This document shows, one piece after another, positions 46,483-61,400 of a DNA stretch of 64,000 bases. A program made the position numbers and the translations under genes. Under the pieces are notes generated by a model that worked only from the letters and a program-made list of their open reading frames with translations, was not told the DNA's origin and ran no database searches. Numbering within the stretch: the stretch's first letter is position 1; each line of letters starts with the position of its first letter. Where the stretch lies: contig CM082589.2 of the NCBI GenBank assembly GCA_040954595.2, positions 5,203,086 through 5,267,085 on the forward strand, in the 5' to 3' direction. The DNA comes from Balanoglossus misakiensis. Lineage: Eukaryota; Animalia; Hemichordata.

Positions 46483-49400
46483 AAAAAATGACCAAATTTT
46501 GAAAATTCGCGAAGTCGAAAAATCGTCGATTCTGGACTATTTTCATGGGCTATAACCCATGGTTTTTATAAAAAAAATGACCAGATTTTGAAAATTCGCG
46601 AAGTCGAAAAATCGTCGATTCTGGACGATTTTCATGGGCTATAACCCATGGTTTTTATCAAAAAATGACCAGATTTTGAAAATTCGCGAAGTCGAAAAAT
46701 CGTCGATTCTGGACGATTTTCATGGGCTATAACCCATGGTTTTTATCAAAAAATGACCAGATTTCGAAAATTCGCGAAGTCGAAAAATCGTCGATTCTGG
46801 ACGATTTTCATGGGCTATAACCCATGGTTTTTATCAAAAAATGACCAGATTTTGAAAATTCGCGAAGTCGAAAAATCGTCGATTCTGGACGATTTTCATG
46901 GGCTATAACCCATGGTTTTTATCAAAAAATGACCAGATTTTGAAAATTCGCGAAGTCGAAAAATCGTCGATTCTGGACGATTTTCATGGGCTATAACCCA
47001 TGGTTTTTATCAAAAAATGACCAGATTTTGAAAATTCGCGAAGTCGAAAAATCGTCGATTCTGGACGATTTTCATGGGCTATAACCCATGGTTTTTATCA
47101 AAAAATGACCAGATTTTGAAAATTCGCGAAGTCGAAAAATCGTCGATTCTGGACGATTTTCATGGGCTATAACCCATGGTTTTTATCAAAAAATGACCAG
47201 ATTTTGAAAATTCGCGAAGTCGAAAAATCGTCGATTCTGGACGATTTTCATGGGCTATAACCCATGGTTTTTATCAAAAAATGACCAGATTTTGAAAATT
47301 CGCGAAGTCGAAAAATCGTCGATTCTGGACGATTTTCATGGGCTATAACCCATGGTTTTTATCAAAAAATGACCAGATTTTGAAAATTCGCGAAGTCGAA
47401 AAATCGTCGATTCTGGACGATTTTCATGGGCTATAACCCATGGTTTTTATCAAAAAATGACCAGATTTTGAAAATTCGCGAAGTCGAAAAATCGTCGATT
47501 CTGGACGATTTTCATGGGCTATAACCCATGGTTTTTATCAAAAAATGACCAGATTTTGAAAATTCGCGAAGTCGAAAAATCGTCGATTCTGGACGATTTT
47601 CATGGGCTATAACCCATGGTTTTTATCAAAAAATGACCAGATTTTGAAAATTCGCGAAGTCGAAAAATCGTCGATTCTGGACGATTTTCATGGGCTATAA
47701 CCCATGGTTTTTATCAAAAAATGACCAGATTTTGAAAATTCGCGAAGTCGAAAAATCGTCGATTCTGGACGATTTTCATGGGCTATAACCCATGGTTTTT
47801 ATCAAAAAATGACCAGATTTTGAAAATTCGCGAAGTCGAAAAATCGTCGATTCTGGACGATTTTCATGGGCTATAACCCATGGTTTTTATCAAAAAATGA
47901 CCAGATTTTGAAAATTCGCGAAGTCGAAAAATCGTCGATTCTGGACGATTTTCATGGGCTATAACCCATGGTTTTTATCAAAAAATGACCAGATTTTGAA
48001 AATTCGCGAAGTCGAAAAATCGTCGATTCTGGACGATTTTCATGGGCTATAACCCATGGTTTTTATCAAAAAATGACCAGATTTTGAAAATTCGCGAAGT
48101 CGAAAAATCGTCGATTGTGGACGATTTTCATGGGCTATAACCCATGGTTTTTATAAAAAAATGACCAGATTTTGAAAATTCGCGAAGTCGAAAAATCGTC
48201 GATTCTGGACGATTTTCATGGGCTATAACCCATGGTTTTTATCAAAAAATGACCAGATTTTGAAAATTCGCGAAGTCGAAAAATCGTCGATTCTGGACGA
48301 TTTTCATGGGCTATAACCCATGGTTTTTATCAAAAAATGACCAGATTTTGAAAATTCGCGAAGTCGAAAAATCGTCGATTCTGGACGATTTTCATGGGCT
48401 ATAACCCATGGTTTTTATCAAAAAATGACCAGATTTTGAAAATTCGCGAAGTCGAAAAATCGTCGATTGTGGACGATTTTCATGGGCTATAACCCATGGT
48501 TTTTATAAAAAAATGACCAGATTTTGAAAATTCGCGAAGTCGAAAAATCGTCGATTCTGGACGATTTTCATGGGCTATAACCCATGGTTTTTATCAAAAA
48601 ATGACCAGATTTTGAAAATTCGCGAAGTCGAAAAATCGTCGATTCTGGACGATTTTCATGGGCTATAACCCATGGTTTTTATCAAAAAATGACCAGATTT
48701 TGAAAATTCGCGAAGTCGAAAAATCGTCGATTGTGGACGATTTTCATGGGCTATAACCCATGGTTTTTATCAAAAAATGACCAGATTTTGAAAATTCGCG
48801 AAGTCGAAAAATCGTCGATTCTGGACGATTTTCATGGGCTATAACCCATGGTTTTTATCAAAAAATGACCAGATTTTGAAAATTCGCGAAGTCGAAAAAT
48901 CGTCGATTCTGGACGATTTTCATGGGCTATAACCCATGGTTTTTATCAAAAAATGACCAGATTTTGAAAATTCGCGAAGTCGAAAAATCGTCGATTCTGG
49001 ACGATTTTCATGGGCTATAACCCATGGTTTTTATCAAAAAATGACCAGATTTTGAAAATTCGCGAAGTCGAAAAATCGTCGATTGTGGACGATTTTCATG
49101 GGCTATAACCCATGGTTTTTATCAAAAAATGACCAGATTTTGAAAATTCGCGAAGTCGAAAAATCGTCGATTCTGGACGATTTTCATGGGCTATAACCCA
49201 TGGTTTTTATCAAAAAATGACCAGATTTTGAAAATTCGCGAAGTCGAAAAATCGTCGATTCTGGACGATTTTCATGGGCTATAACCCATGGTTTTTATCA
49301 AAAAATGACCAGATTTTGAAAATTCGCGAAGTCGAAAAATCGTCGATTCTGGACGATTTTCATGGGCTATAACCCATGGTTTTTATCAAAAAATGACCAG

Positions 49401-52400
49401 ATTTTGAAAATTCGCGAAGTCGAAAAATCGTCGATTCTGGACGATTTTTATGGGCTATAACCCATGGTTTTTATCAAAAAATGACCAGATTTTGAAAATT
49501 CGCGAAGTCGAAAAATCGTCGATTCTGGACGATTTTCATGGGCTATAACCCATGGTTTTTATCAAAAAATGACCAGATTTTGAAAATTCGCGAAGTCGAA
49601 AAATCGTCGATTCTGGAAGATTTTCATGGGCTATAACCCATGGTTTTTATCAAAAAATGACCAGATTTTGAAAATTCGCGAAGTCGAAAAATCGTCGATT
49701 GTGGACGATTTTCATGGGCTATAACCCATGGTTTTTATCAAAAAATGACCAGATTTTGAAAATTCGCGAAGTCGAAAAATCGTCGATTCTGGACGATTTT
49801 CATGGGCTATAACCCATGGTTTTTATCAAAAAATGACCAGATTTTGAAAATTCGCGAAGTCGAAAAATCGTCGATTCTGGACGATTTTCATGGGCTATAA
49901 CCCATGGTTTTTATCAAAAAATGACCAGATTTTGAAAATTCGCGAAGTCGAAAAATCGTCGATTCTGGACGATTTTCATGGGCTATAACCCATGGTTTTT
50001 ATCAAAAAATGACCAGATTTTGAAAATTCGCGAAGTCGAAAAATCGTCGATTCTGGACGATTTTCATGGGCTATAACCCATGGTTTTTATCAAAAAATGA
50101 CCAGATTTTGAAAATTCGCGAAGTCGAAAAATCGTCGATTCTGGACGATTTTCATGGGCTATAACCCATGGTTTTTATCAAAAAATGACCAGATTTTGAA
50201 AATTCGCGAAGTCGAAAAATCGTCGATTCTGGACGATTTTCATGGGCTATAACCCATGGTTTTTATCAAAAAATGACCAGATTTTGAAAATTCGCGAAGT
50301 CGAAAAATCGTCGATTCTGGACGATTTTCATGGGCTATAACCCATGGTTTTTATCAAAAAATGACCAGATTTTGAAAATTCGCGAAGTCGAAAAATCGTC
50401 GATTGTGGACGATTTTCATGGGCTATAACCCATGGTTTTTATCAAAAAATGACCAGTTTTTGAAAATTCGCGAAGTCGAAAAATCGTCGATTGTGGACGA
50501 TTTTCATGGGCTATAACCCATGGTTTTTATCAAAAAATGACCAGATTTTGAAAATTCGCGAAGTCGAAAAATCGTCGATTGTGGACGATTTTCATGGGCT
50601 ATAACCCATGGTTTTTATCAAAAAATGACCAGATTTTGAAAATTCGCGAAGTCGAAAAATCGTCGATTGTGGACGATTTTCATGGGCTATAACCCATGGT
50701 TTTTATCAAAAAATGACCAGATTTTGAAAATTCGCGAAGTCGAAAAATCGTCGATTCTGGACGATTTTCATGGGCTATAACCCATGGTTTTTATCAAAAA
50801 ATGACCAGATTTTGAAAATTCGCGATGTCGAAAAATCGTCGATTCTGGACGATTTTCATGGGCTATAACCCATGGTTTTTATCAAAAAATGACCAGATTT
50901 TGAAAATTCGCGAAGTCGAAAAATCGTCGATTCTGGACGATTTTCATGGGCTATAACCCATGGTTTTTATCAAAAAATGACCAGATTTTGAAAATTCGCG
51001 AAGTCGAAAAATCGTCGATTCTGGACGATTTTCATGGGCTATAACCCATGGTTTTTATCAAAAAATGACCAGATTTTGAAAATTCGCGAAGTCGAAAAAT
51101 CGTCGATTCTGGACGATTTTTATGGGCTATAACCCATGGTTTTTATCAAAAAATGACCAGATTTTGAAAATTCGCGAAGTCGAAAAATCGTCGATTCTGG
51201 ACGATTTTCATGGGCTATAACCCATGGTTTTTATCAAAAAATGACCAGATTTTGAAAATTCGCGAAGTCGAAAAATCGTCGATTCTGGAAGATTTTCATG
51301 GGCTATAACCCATGGTTTTTATCAAAAAATGACCAGATTTTGAAAATTCGCGAAGTCGAAAAATCGTCGATTGTGGACGATTTTCATGGGCTATAACCCA
51401 TGGTTTTTATCAAAAAATGACCAGATTTTGAAAATTCGCGAAGTCGAAAAATCGTCGATTCTGGACGATTTTCATGGGCTATAACCCATGGTTTTTATCA
51501 AAAAATGACCAGATTTTGAAAATTCGCGAAGTCGAAAAATCGTCGATTCTGGACGATTTTCATGGGCTATAACCCATGGTTTTTATCAAAAAATGACCAG
51601 ATTTTGAAAATTCGCGAAGTCGAAAAATCGTCGATTCTGGACGATTTTCATGGGCTATAACCCATGGTTTTTATCAAAAAATGACCAGATTTTGAAAATT
51701 CGCGAAGTCGAAAAATCGTCGATTCTGGACGATTTTCATGGGCTATAACCCATGGTTTTTATCAAAAAATGACCAGATTTTGAAAATTCGCGAAGTCGAA
51801 AAATCGTCGATTCTGGACGATTTTTATGGGCTATAACCCATGGTTTTTATCAAAAAATGACCAGATTTTGAAAATTCGCGAAGTCGAAAAATCGTCGATT
51901 CTGGACGATTTTCATGGGCTATAACCCATGGTTTTTATCAAAAAATGACCAGATTTTGAAAATTCGCGAAGTCGAAAAATCGTCGATTCTGGAAGATTTT
52001 CATGGGCTATAACCCATGGTTTTTATCAAAAAATGACCAGATTTTGAAAATTCGCGAAGTCGAAAAATCGTCGATTGTGGACGATTTTCATGGGCTATAA
52101 CCCATGGTTTTTATCAAAAAATGACCAGATTTTGAAAATTCGCGAAGTCGAAAAATCGTCGATTCTGGACGATTTTCATGGGCTATAACCCATGGTTTTT
52201 ATCAAAAAATGACCAGATTTTGAAAATTCGCGAAGTCGAAAAATCGTCGATTCTGGACGATTTTCATGGGCTATAACCCATGGTTTTTATCAAAAAATGA
52301 CCAGATTTTGAAAATTCGCGAAGTCGAAAAATCGTCGATTCTGGACGATTTTCATGGGCTATAACCCATGGTTTTTATCAAAAAATGACCAGATTTTGAA

Positions 52401-55400
52401 AATTCGCGAAGTCGAAAAATCGTCGATTCTGGACGATTTTCATGGGCTATAACCCATGGTTTTTATCAAAAAATGACCAGATTTTGAAAATTCGCGAAGT
52501 CGAAAAATCGTCGATTCTGGACGATTTTCATGGGCTATAACCCATGGTTTTTATCAAAAAATGACCAGATTTTGAAAATTCGCGAAGTCGAAAAATCGTC
52601 GATTCTGGACGATTTTCATGGGCTATAACCCATGGTTTTTATCAAAAAATGACCAGATTTTGAAAATTCGCGAAGTCGAAAAATCGTCGATTCTGGACGA
52701 TTTTCATGGGCTATAACCCATGGTTTTTATCAAAAAATGACCAGATTTTGAAAATTCGCGAAGTCGAAAAATCGTCGATTGTGGACGATTTTCATGGGCT
52801 ATAACCCATGGTTTTTATCAAAAAATGACCAGTTTTTGAAAATTCGCGAAGTCGAAAAATCGTCGATTGTGGACGATTTTCATGGGCTATAACCCATGGT
52901 TTTTATCAAAAAATGACCAGATTTTGAAAATTCGCGAAGTCGAAAAATCGTCGATTGTGGACGATTTTCATGGGCTATAACCCATGGTTTTTATCAAAAA
53001 ATGACCAGATTTTGAAAATTCGCGAAGTCGAAAAATCGTCGATTGTGGACGATTTTCATGGGCTATAACCCATGGTTTTTATCAAAAAATGACCAGATTT
53101 TGAAAATTCGCGAAGTCGAAAAATCGTCGATTGTGGACGATTTTCATGGGCTATAACCCATGGTTTTTATCAAAAAATGACCAGATTTTGAAAATTCGCG
53201 ATGTCGAAAAATCGTCGATTCTGGACGATTTTCATGGGCTATAACCCATGGTTTTTATCAAAAAATGACCAGATTTTGAAAATTCGCGAAGTCGAAAAAT
53301 CGTCGATTCTGGACGATTTTCATGGGCTATAACCCATGGTTTTTATCAAAAAATGACCAGATTTTGAAAATTCGCGAAGTCGAAAAATCGTCGATTCTGG
53401 ACGATTTTCATGGGCTATAACCCATGGTTTTTATCAAAAAATGACCAGATTTTGAAAATTCGCGAAGTCGAAAAATCGTCGATTCTGGACGATTTTCATG
53501 GGCTATAACCCATGGTTTTTATCAAAAAATGACCAGATTTTGAAAATTCGCGAAGTCGAAAAATCGTCGATTCTGGACGATTTTCATGGGCTATAACCCA
53601 TGGTTTTTATCAAAAAATGACCAGATTTTGAAAATTCGCGAAGTCGAAAAATCGTCGATTCTGGACGATTTTCATGGGCTATAACCCATGGTTTTTATCA
53701 AAAAATGACCAGATTTTGAAAATTCGCGAAGTCGAAAAATCGTCGATTCTGGACGATTTTCATGGGCTATAACCCATGGTTTTTATCAAAAAATGACCAG
53801 ATTTTGAAAATTCGCGAAGTCGAAAAATCGTCGATTCTGGACGATTTTCATGGGCTATAACCCATGGTTTTTATCAAAAAATGACCAGATTTTGAAAATT
53901 CGCGAAGTCGAAAAATCGTCGATTGTGGACGATTTTCATGGGCTATAACCCATGGTTTTTATCAAAAAATGACCAGTTTTTGAAAATTCGCGAAGTCGAA
54001 AAATCGTCGATTGTGGACGATTTTCATGGGCTATAACCCATGGTTTTTATCAAAAAATGACCAGATTTTGAAAATTCGCGAAGTCGAAAAATCGTCGATT
54101 GTGGACGATTTTCATGGGCTATAACCCATGGTTTTTATCAAAAAATGACCAGATTTTGAAAATTCGCGAAGTCGAAAAATCGTCGATTCTGGACGATTTT
54201 CATGGGCTATAACCCATGGTTTTTATCAAAAAATGACCAGATTTTGAAAATTCGCGATGTCGAAAAATCGTCGATTCTGGACGATTTTCATGGGCTATAA
54301 CCCATGGTTTTTATCAAAAAATGACCAGATTTTGAAAATTCGCGAAGTCGAAAAATCGTCGATTCTGGACGATTTTCATGGGCTATAACCCATGGTTTTT
54401 ATCAAAAAATGACCAGATTTTGAAAATTCGCGAAGTCGAAAAATCGTCGATTCTGGACGATTTTCATGGGCTATAACCCATGGTTTTTATCAAAAAATGA
54501 CCAGATTTTGAAAATTCGCGAAGTCGAAAAATCGTCGATTCTGGACGATTTTCATGGGCTATAACCCATGGTTTTTATCAAAAAATGACCAGATTTTGAA
54601 AATTCGCGAAGTCGAAAAATCGTCGATTGTGGACGATTTTCATGGGCTATAACCCATGGTTTTTATCAAAAAATGACCAGATTTTGAAAATTCGCGAAGT
54701 CGAAAAATCGTCGATTGTGGACGATTTTCATGGGCTATAACCCATGGTTTTTATCAAAAAATGACCAGATTTTGAAAATTCGCGAAGTCGAAAAATCGTC
54801 GATTGTGGACGATTTTCATGGGCTATAACCCATGGTTTTTATCAAAAAATGACCAGATTTTGAAAATTCGCGAAGTCGAAAAATCGTCGATTGTGGACGA
54901 TTTTCATGGGCTATAACCCATGGTTTTTATCAAAAAATGACCAGATTTTGAAAATTCGCGATGTCGAAAAATCGTCGATTCTGGACGATTTTCATGGGCT
55001 ATAACCCATGGTTTTTATCAAAAAATGACCAGATTTTGAAAATTCGCGAAGTCGAAAAATCGTCGATTCTGGACGATTTTCATGGGCTATAACCCATGGT
55101 TTTTATCAAAAAATGACCAGATTTTGAAAATTCGCGAAGTCGAAAAATCGTCGATTCTGGACGATTTTCATGGGCTATAACCCATGGTTTTTATCAAAAA
55201 ATGACCAGATTTTGAAAATTCGCGAAGTCGAAAAATCGTCGATTCTGGACGATTTTCATGGGCTATAACCCATGGTTTTTATCAAAAAATGACCAGATTT
55301 TGAAAATTCGCGAAGTCGAAAAATCGTCGATTCTGGACGATTTTCATGGGCTATAACCCATGGTTTTTATCAAAAAATGACCAGATTTTGAAAATTCGCG

Positions 55401-58400
55401 AAGTCGAAAAATCGTCGATTCTGGACGATTTTCATGGGCTATAACCCATGGTTTTTATCAAAAAATGACCAGATTTTGAAAATTCGCGAAGTCGAAAAAT
55501 CGTCGATTGTGGACGATTTTCATGGGCTATAACCCATGGTTTTTATCAAAAAATGACCAGATTTTGAAAATTCGCGAAGTCGAAAAATCGTCGATTGTGG
55601 ACGATTTTCATGGGCTATAACCCATGGTTTTTATCAAAAAATGACCAGTTTTTGAAAATTCGCGAAGTCGAAAAATCGTCGATTGTGGACGATTTTCATG
55701 GGCTATAACCCATGGTTTTTATCAAAAAATGACCAGATTTTGAAAATTCGCGAAGTCGAAAAATCGTCGATTGTGGACGATTTTCATGGGCTATAACCCA
55801 TGGTTTTTATCAAAAAATGACCAGATTTTGAAAATTCGCGAAGTCGAAAAATCGTCGATTCTGGACGATTTTCATGGGCTATAACCCATGGTTTTTATCA
55901 AAAAATGACCAGATTTTGAAAATTCGCGAAGTCGAAAAATCGTCGATTCTGGACGATTTTCATGGGCTATAACCCATGGTTTTTATCAAAAAATGACCAG
56001 ATTTTGAAAATTCGCGAAGTCGAAAAATCGTCGATTCTGGACGATTTTCATGGGCTATAACCCATGGTTTTTATCAAAAAATGACCAGATTTTGAAAATT
56101 CGCGAAGTCGAAAAATCGTCGATTCTGGACGATTTTCATGGGCTATAACCCATGGTTTTTATCAAAAAATGACCAGATTTTGAAAATTCGCGAAGTCGAA
56201 AAATCGTCGATTCTGGACGATTTTCATGGGCTATAACCCATGGTTTTTATCAAAAAATGACCAGATTTTGAAAATTCGCGAAGTCGAAAAATCGTCGATT
56301 CTGGACGATTTTCATGGGCTATAACCCATGGTTTTTATCAAAAAATGACCAGATTTTGAAAATTCGCGAAGTCGAAAAATCGTCGATTCTGGACGATTTT
56401 CATGGGCTATAACCCATGGTTTTTATCAAAAAATGACCAGATTTTGAAAATTCGCGAAGTCGAAAAATCGTCGATTCTGGACGATTTTCATGGGCTATAA
56501 CCCATGGTTTTTATCAAAAAATGACCAGATTTTGAAAATTCGCGAAGTCGAAAAATCGTCGATTCTGGACGATTTTCATGGGCTATAACCCATGGTTTTT
56601 ATCAAAAAATGACCAGATTTTGAAAATTCGCGAAGTCGAAAAATCGTCGATTCTGGACGATTTTCATGGGCTATAACCCATGGTTTTTATCAAAAAATGA
56701 CCAGATTTTGAAAATTCGCGAAGTCGAAAAATCGTCGATTCTGGACGATTTTCATGGGCTATAACCCATGGTTTTTATCAAAAAATGACCAGATTTTGAA
56801 AATTCGCGAAGTCGAAAAATCGTCGATTCTGGACGATTTTCATGGGCTATAACCCATGGTTTTTATCAAAAAATGACCAGATTTTGAAAATTCGCGAAGT
56901 CGAAAAATCGTCGATTCTGGACGATTTTCATGGGCTATAACCCATGGTTTTTATCAAAAAATGACCAGATTTTGAAAATTCGCGAAGTCGAAAAATCGTC
57001 GATTGTGGACGATTTTCATGGGCTATAACCCATGGTTTTTATCAAAAAATGACCAGATTTTGAAAATTCGCGAAGTCGAAAAATCGTCGATTGTGGACGA
57101 TTTTCATGGGCTATAACCCATGGTTTTATCAAAAAATGACCAGATTTTGAAAATTCGCGAAGTCGAAAAATCGTCGATTGTGGACGATTTTCATGGGCTA
57201 TAACCCATGGTTTTTATCAAAAAATGACCAGATTTTGAAAATTCGCGAAGTCGAAAAATCGTCGATTCTGGACGATTTTCATGGGCTATAACCCATGGTT
57301 TTTATCAAAAAATGACCAGATTTTGAAAATTCGCGAAGTCGTAAAATCGTCGATTCTGGACGATTTTCATGGGCTCTAACCCATGGTTTTTATCAAAAAA
57401 TGACCAGATTTTGAAAATTCGCGAAGTCGAAAAATCGTCGATTGTGGACGATTTTCATGGGCTATAACCCATGGTTTTTATCAAAAAATGACCAGTTTTT
57501 GAAAATTCGCGAAGTCGAAAAATCGTCGATTGTGGACGATTTTCATGGGCTATAACCCATGGTTTTTATCAAAAAATGACCAGATTTTGAAAATTCGCGA
57601 AGTCGAAAAATCGTCGATTGTGGACGATTTTCATGGGCTATAACCCATGGTTTTTATCAAAAAATGACCAGATTTTGAAAATTCGCGAAGTCGAAAAATC
57701 GTCGATTGTGGACGATTTTCATGGGCTATAACCCATGGTTTTTATCAAAAAATGACCAGATTTTGAAAATTCGCGAAGTCGAAAAATCGTCGATTCTGGA
57801 CGATTTTCATGGGCTATAACCCATGGTTTTTATCAAAAAATGACCAGATTTTGAAAATTCGCGAAGTCGAAAAATCGTCGATTGTGGACGATTTTCATGG
57901 GCTATAACCCATGGTTTTTATCAAAAAATGACCAGATTTTGAAAATTCGCGAAGTCGAAAAATCGTCGATTGTGGACGATTTTCATGGGCTATAACCCAT
58001 GGTTTTTATCAAAAAATGACCAGATTTTGAAAATTCGCGAAGTCGAAAAATCGTCGATTCTGGACGATTTTCATGGGCTATAACCCATGGTTTTTATCAA
58101 AAAATGACCAGATTTTGAAAATTCGCGAAGTCGAAAAATCGTCGATTCTGGACGATTTTCATGGGCTATAACCCATGGTTTTTATCAAAAAATGACCAGA
58201 TTTTGAAAATTCGCGAAGTCGAAAAATCGTCGATTCTGGACGATTTTCATGGGCTATAACCCATGGTTTTTATCAAAAAATGACCAGATTTTGAAAATTC
58301 GCGATGTCGAAAAATCGTCGATTCTGGACGATTTTCATGGGCTATAACCCATGGTTTTTATCAAAAAATGACCAGATTTTGAAAATTCGCGAAGTCGAAA

Positions 58401-61400
58401 AATCGTCGATTCTGGACGATTTTCATGGGCTATAACCCATGGTTTTTATCAAAAAATGACCAGATTTTGAAAATTCGCGAAGTCGAAAAATCGTCGATTC
58501 TGGACGATTTTCATGGGCTATAACCCATGGTTTTTATCAAAAAATGACCAGATTTTGAAAATTCGCGAAGTCGAAAAATCGTCGATTCTGGACGATTTTC
58601 ATGGGCTATAACCCATGGTTTTTATCAAAAAATGACCAGATTTTGAAAATTCGCGAAGTCGAAAAATCGTCGATTCTGGACGATTTTCATGGGCTATAAC
58701 CCATGGTTTTTATCAAAAAATGACCAGATTTTGAAAATTCGCGAAGTCGTAAAATCGTCGATTCTGGACGATTTTCATGGGCTATAACCCATGGTTTTTA
58801 TCAAAAAATGACCAGATTTTGAAAATTCGCGAAGTCGAAAAATCGTCGATTCTGGACGATTTTCATGGGCTATAACCCATGGTTTTTATCAAAAAATGAC
58901 CAGATTTTGAAAATTCGCGAAGTCGAAAAATCGTCGATTCTGGACGATTTTCATGGGCTATAACCCATGGTTTTTGTCAAAAAATGAAGAAATTTTGATA
59001 ATTCGCAAAGTCGAAAAATCGTCATTTTTGGATGATTTTCATGGGCTATAACCCATGGTTTTTATGAAAAAATGAAGAAATTTTGATAATTCGCAAAGTC
59101 GAAAAATCGTCATTTTTGGATGATTTTCATGGGCTATAACCCATGGTTTTTATGAAAAAATGAAGAAATTTTGATAATTCGCAAAGTCGAAAAATCGTCA
59201 TTTTTGGATGATTTTCATGGGCTATAACCCATGGTTTTTATGAAAAAATGAAGAAATTTTGATAATTCGCAAAGTCGAAAAATCGTCATTTTTGGATGAT
59301 TTTCATGGGCTATAACCCATGGTTTTTATGAAATAATGAAGAAATTTTGATAATTCGCAAAGTCGAAAAATCGTCATTTTTGGATGATTTTCATGGGCTA
59401 TAACCCATGGTTTTTATGAAAAAATGAAGAAATTTTGATAATTCGCAAAGTCGAAAAATCGTCATTTTTGGATGATTTTCATGGGCTATAACCCATGGTT
59501 TTTATGAAAAAATGAAGAAATTTTGATAATTCGCAAAGTCGAAAAATCGTCATTTTTGGATGATTTTCATGGGCTATAACCCATGGTTTTTATGAAAAAA
59601 TGAAGAAATTTTGATAATTCGCAAAGTCGAAAAATCGTCATTTTTGGATGATTTTCATGGGCTATAACCCATGGTTTTTATGAAAAAATGAAGAAATTTT
59701 GATAATTCGCAAAGTCGAAAAATCGTCATTTTTGGATGATTTTCATGGGCTATAACCCATGGTTTTTATGAAAAAATGAAGAAATTTTGATAATTCGCAA
59801 AGTCGAAAAATCGTCATTTTTGGATGATTTTCATGGGCTATAACCCATGGTTTTTATGAAAAAATGAAGAAATTTTGATAATTCGCAAAGTCGAAAAATC
59901 GTCATTTTTGGATGATTTTCATGGGCTATAACCCATGGTTTTTATGAAAAAATGAAGAAATTTTGATAATTCGCAAAGTCGAAAAATCGTCATTTTTGGA
60001 TGATTTTCATGGGCTATAACCCATGGTTTTTATGAAAAAATGAAGAAATTTTGATAATTCGCAAAGTCGAAAAATCGTCATTTTTGGATGATTTTCATGG
60101 GCTATAACCCATGGTTTTTATGAAAAAATGAAGAAATTTTGATAATTCGCAAAGTCGAAAAATCGTCATTTTTGGATGATTTTCATGGGCTATAACCCAT
60201 GGTTTTTATGAAAAAATGAAGAAATTTTGATAATTCGCAAAGTCGAAAAATCGTCATTTTTGGATGATTTTCATGGGCTATAACCCATGGTTTTTATGAA
60301 AAAATGACCAGATTTTGAAAATTCGCGAAGTCGAAAAATCGTCGATTCTGGACGATTTTCATGGGCTATAACCCATGGTTTTTATCAAAAAATGACCAGA
60401 TTTTGAAAATTCGCGAAGTCGAAAAATCGTCGATTCTGGACGATTTTCATGGGCTATAACCCATGGTTTTTATCAAAAAATGACCAGATTTTGAAAATTC
60501 GCGAAGTCGAAAAATCGTCGATTCTGGACGATTTTCATGGGCTATAACCCATGGTTTTTATCAAAAAATGACCAGATTTTGAAAATTCGCGAAGTCGAAA
60601 AATCGTCGATTCTGGACGATTTTCATGGGCTATAACCCATGGTTTTTATCAAAAAATGACCAGATTTTGAAAATTCGCGAAGTCGAAAAATCGTCGATTC
60701 TGGACGATTTTCATGGGCTATAACCCATGGTTTTTATCAAAAAATGACCAGATTTTGAAAATTCGCAAAGTCGAAAAATCGTCATTTTTGGATGATTTTC
60801 ATGGGCTATAACCCATGGTTTTTATGAAAAAATGAAGAAATTTTGATAATTCGCAAAGTCGAAAAATCGTCATTTTTGGATGATTTTCATGGGCTATAAC
60901 CCATGGTTTTTATGAAAAAATGAAGAAATTTTGATAATTCGCAAAGTCGAAAAATCGTCATTTTTGGATGATTTTCATGGGCTATAACCCATGGTTTTTA
61001 TGAAAAAATGAAGAAATTTTGATAATTCGCAAAGTCGAAAAATCGTCATTTTTGGATGATTTTCATGGGCTATAACCCATGGTTTTTATGAAAAAATGAA
61101 GAAATTTTGATAATTCGCAAAGTCGAAAAATCGTCATTTTTGGATGATTTTCATGGGCTATAACCCATGGTTTTTATGAAAAAATGAAGAAATTTTGATA
61201 ATTCGCAAAGTCGAAAAATCGTCATTTTTGGATGATTTTCATGGGCTATAACCCATGGTTTTTATGAAAAAATGAAGAAATTTTGATAATTCGCAAAGTC
61301 GAAAAATCGTCATTTTTGGATGATTTTCATGGGCTATAACCCATGGTTTTTATGAAAAAATGACCAGATTTTGAAAATTCGCGAAGTCGAAAAATCGTCG

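Noticed and set aside
46506-46525. CENP-B box in TTCGCGAAGTCGAAA
   Set aside because: TTCG is present, but the required A and CGGG of NTTCGNNNNANNCGGGN are not at the right spacing.
46545-46562. Telomeric origin of GGGCTA/TAACCC in the monomer
   Set aside because: There is only one exact hexamer per monomer and no tandem TTAGGG. It is better explained as part of the palindrome.
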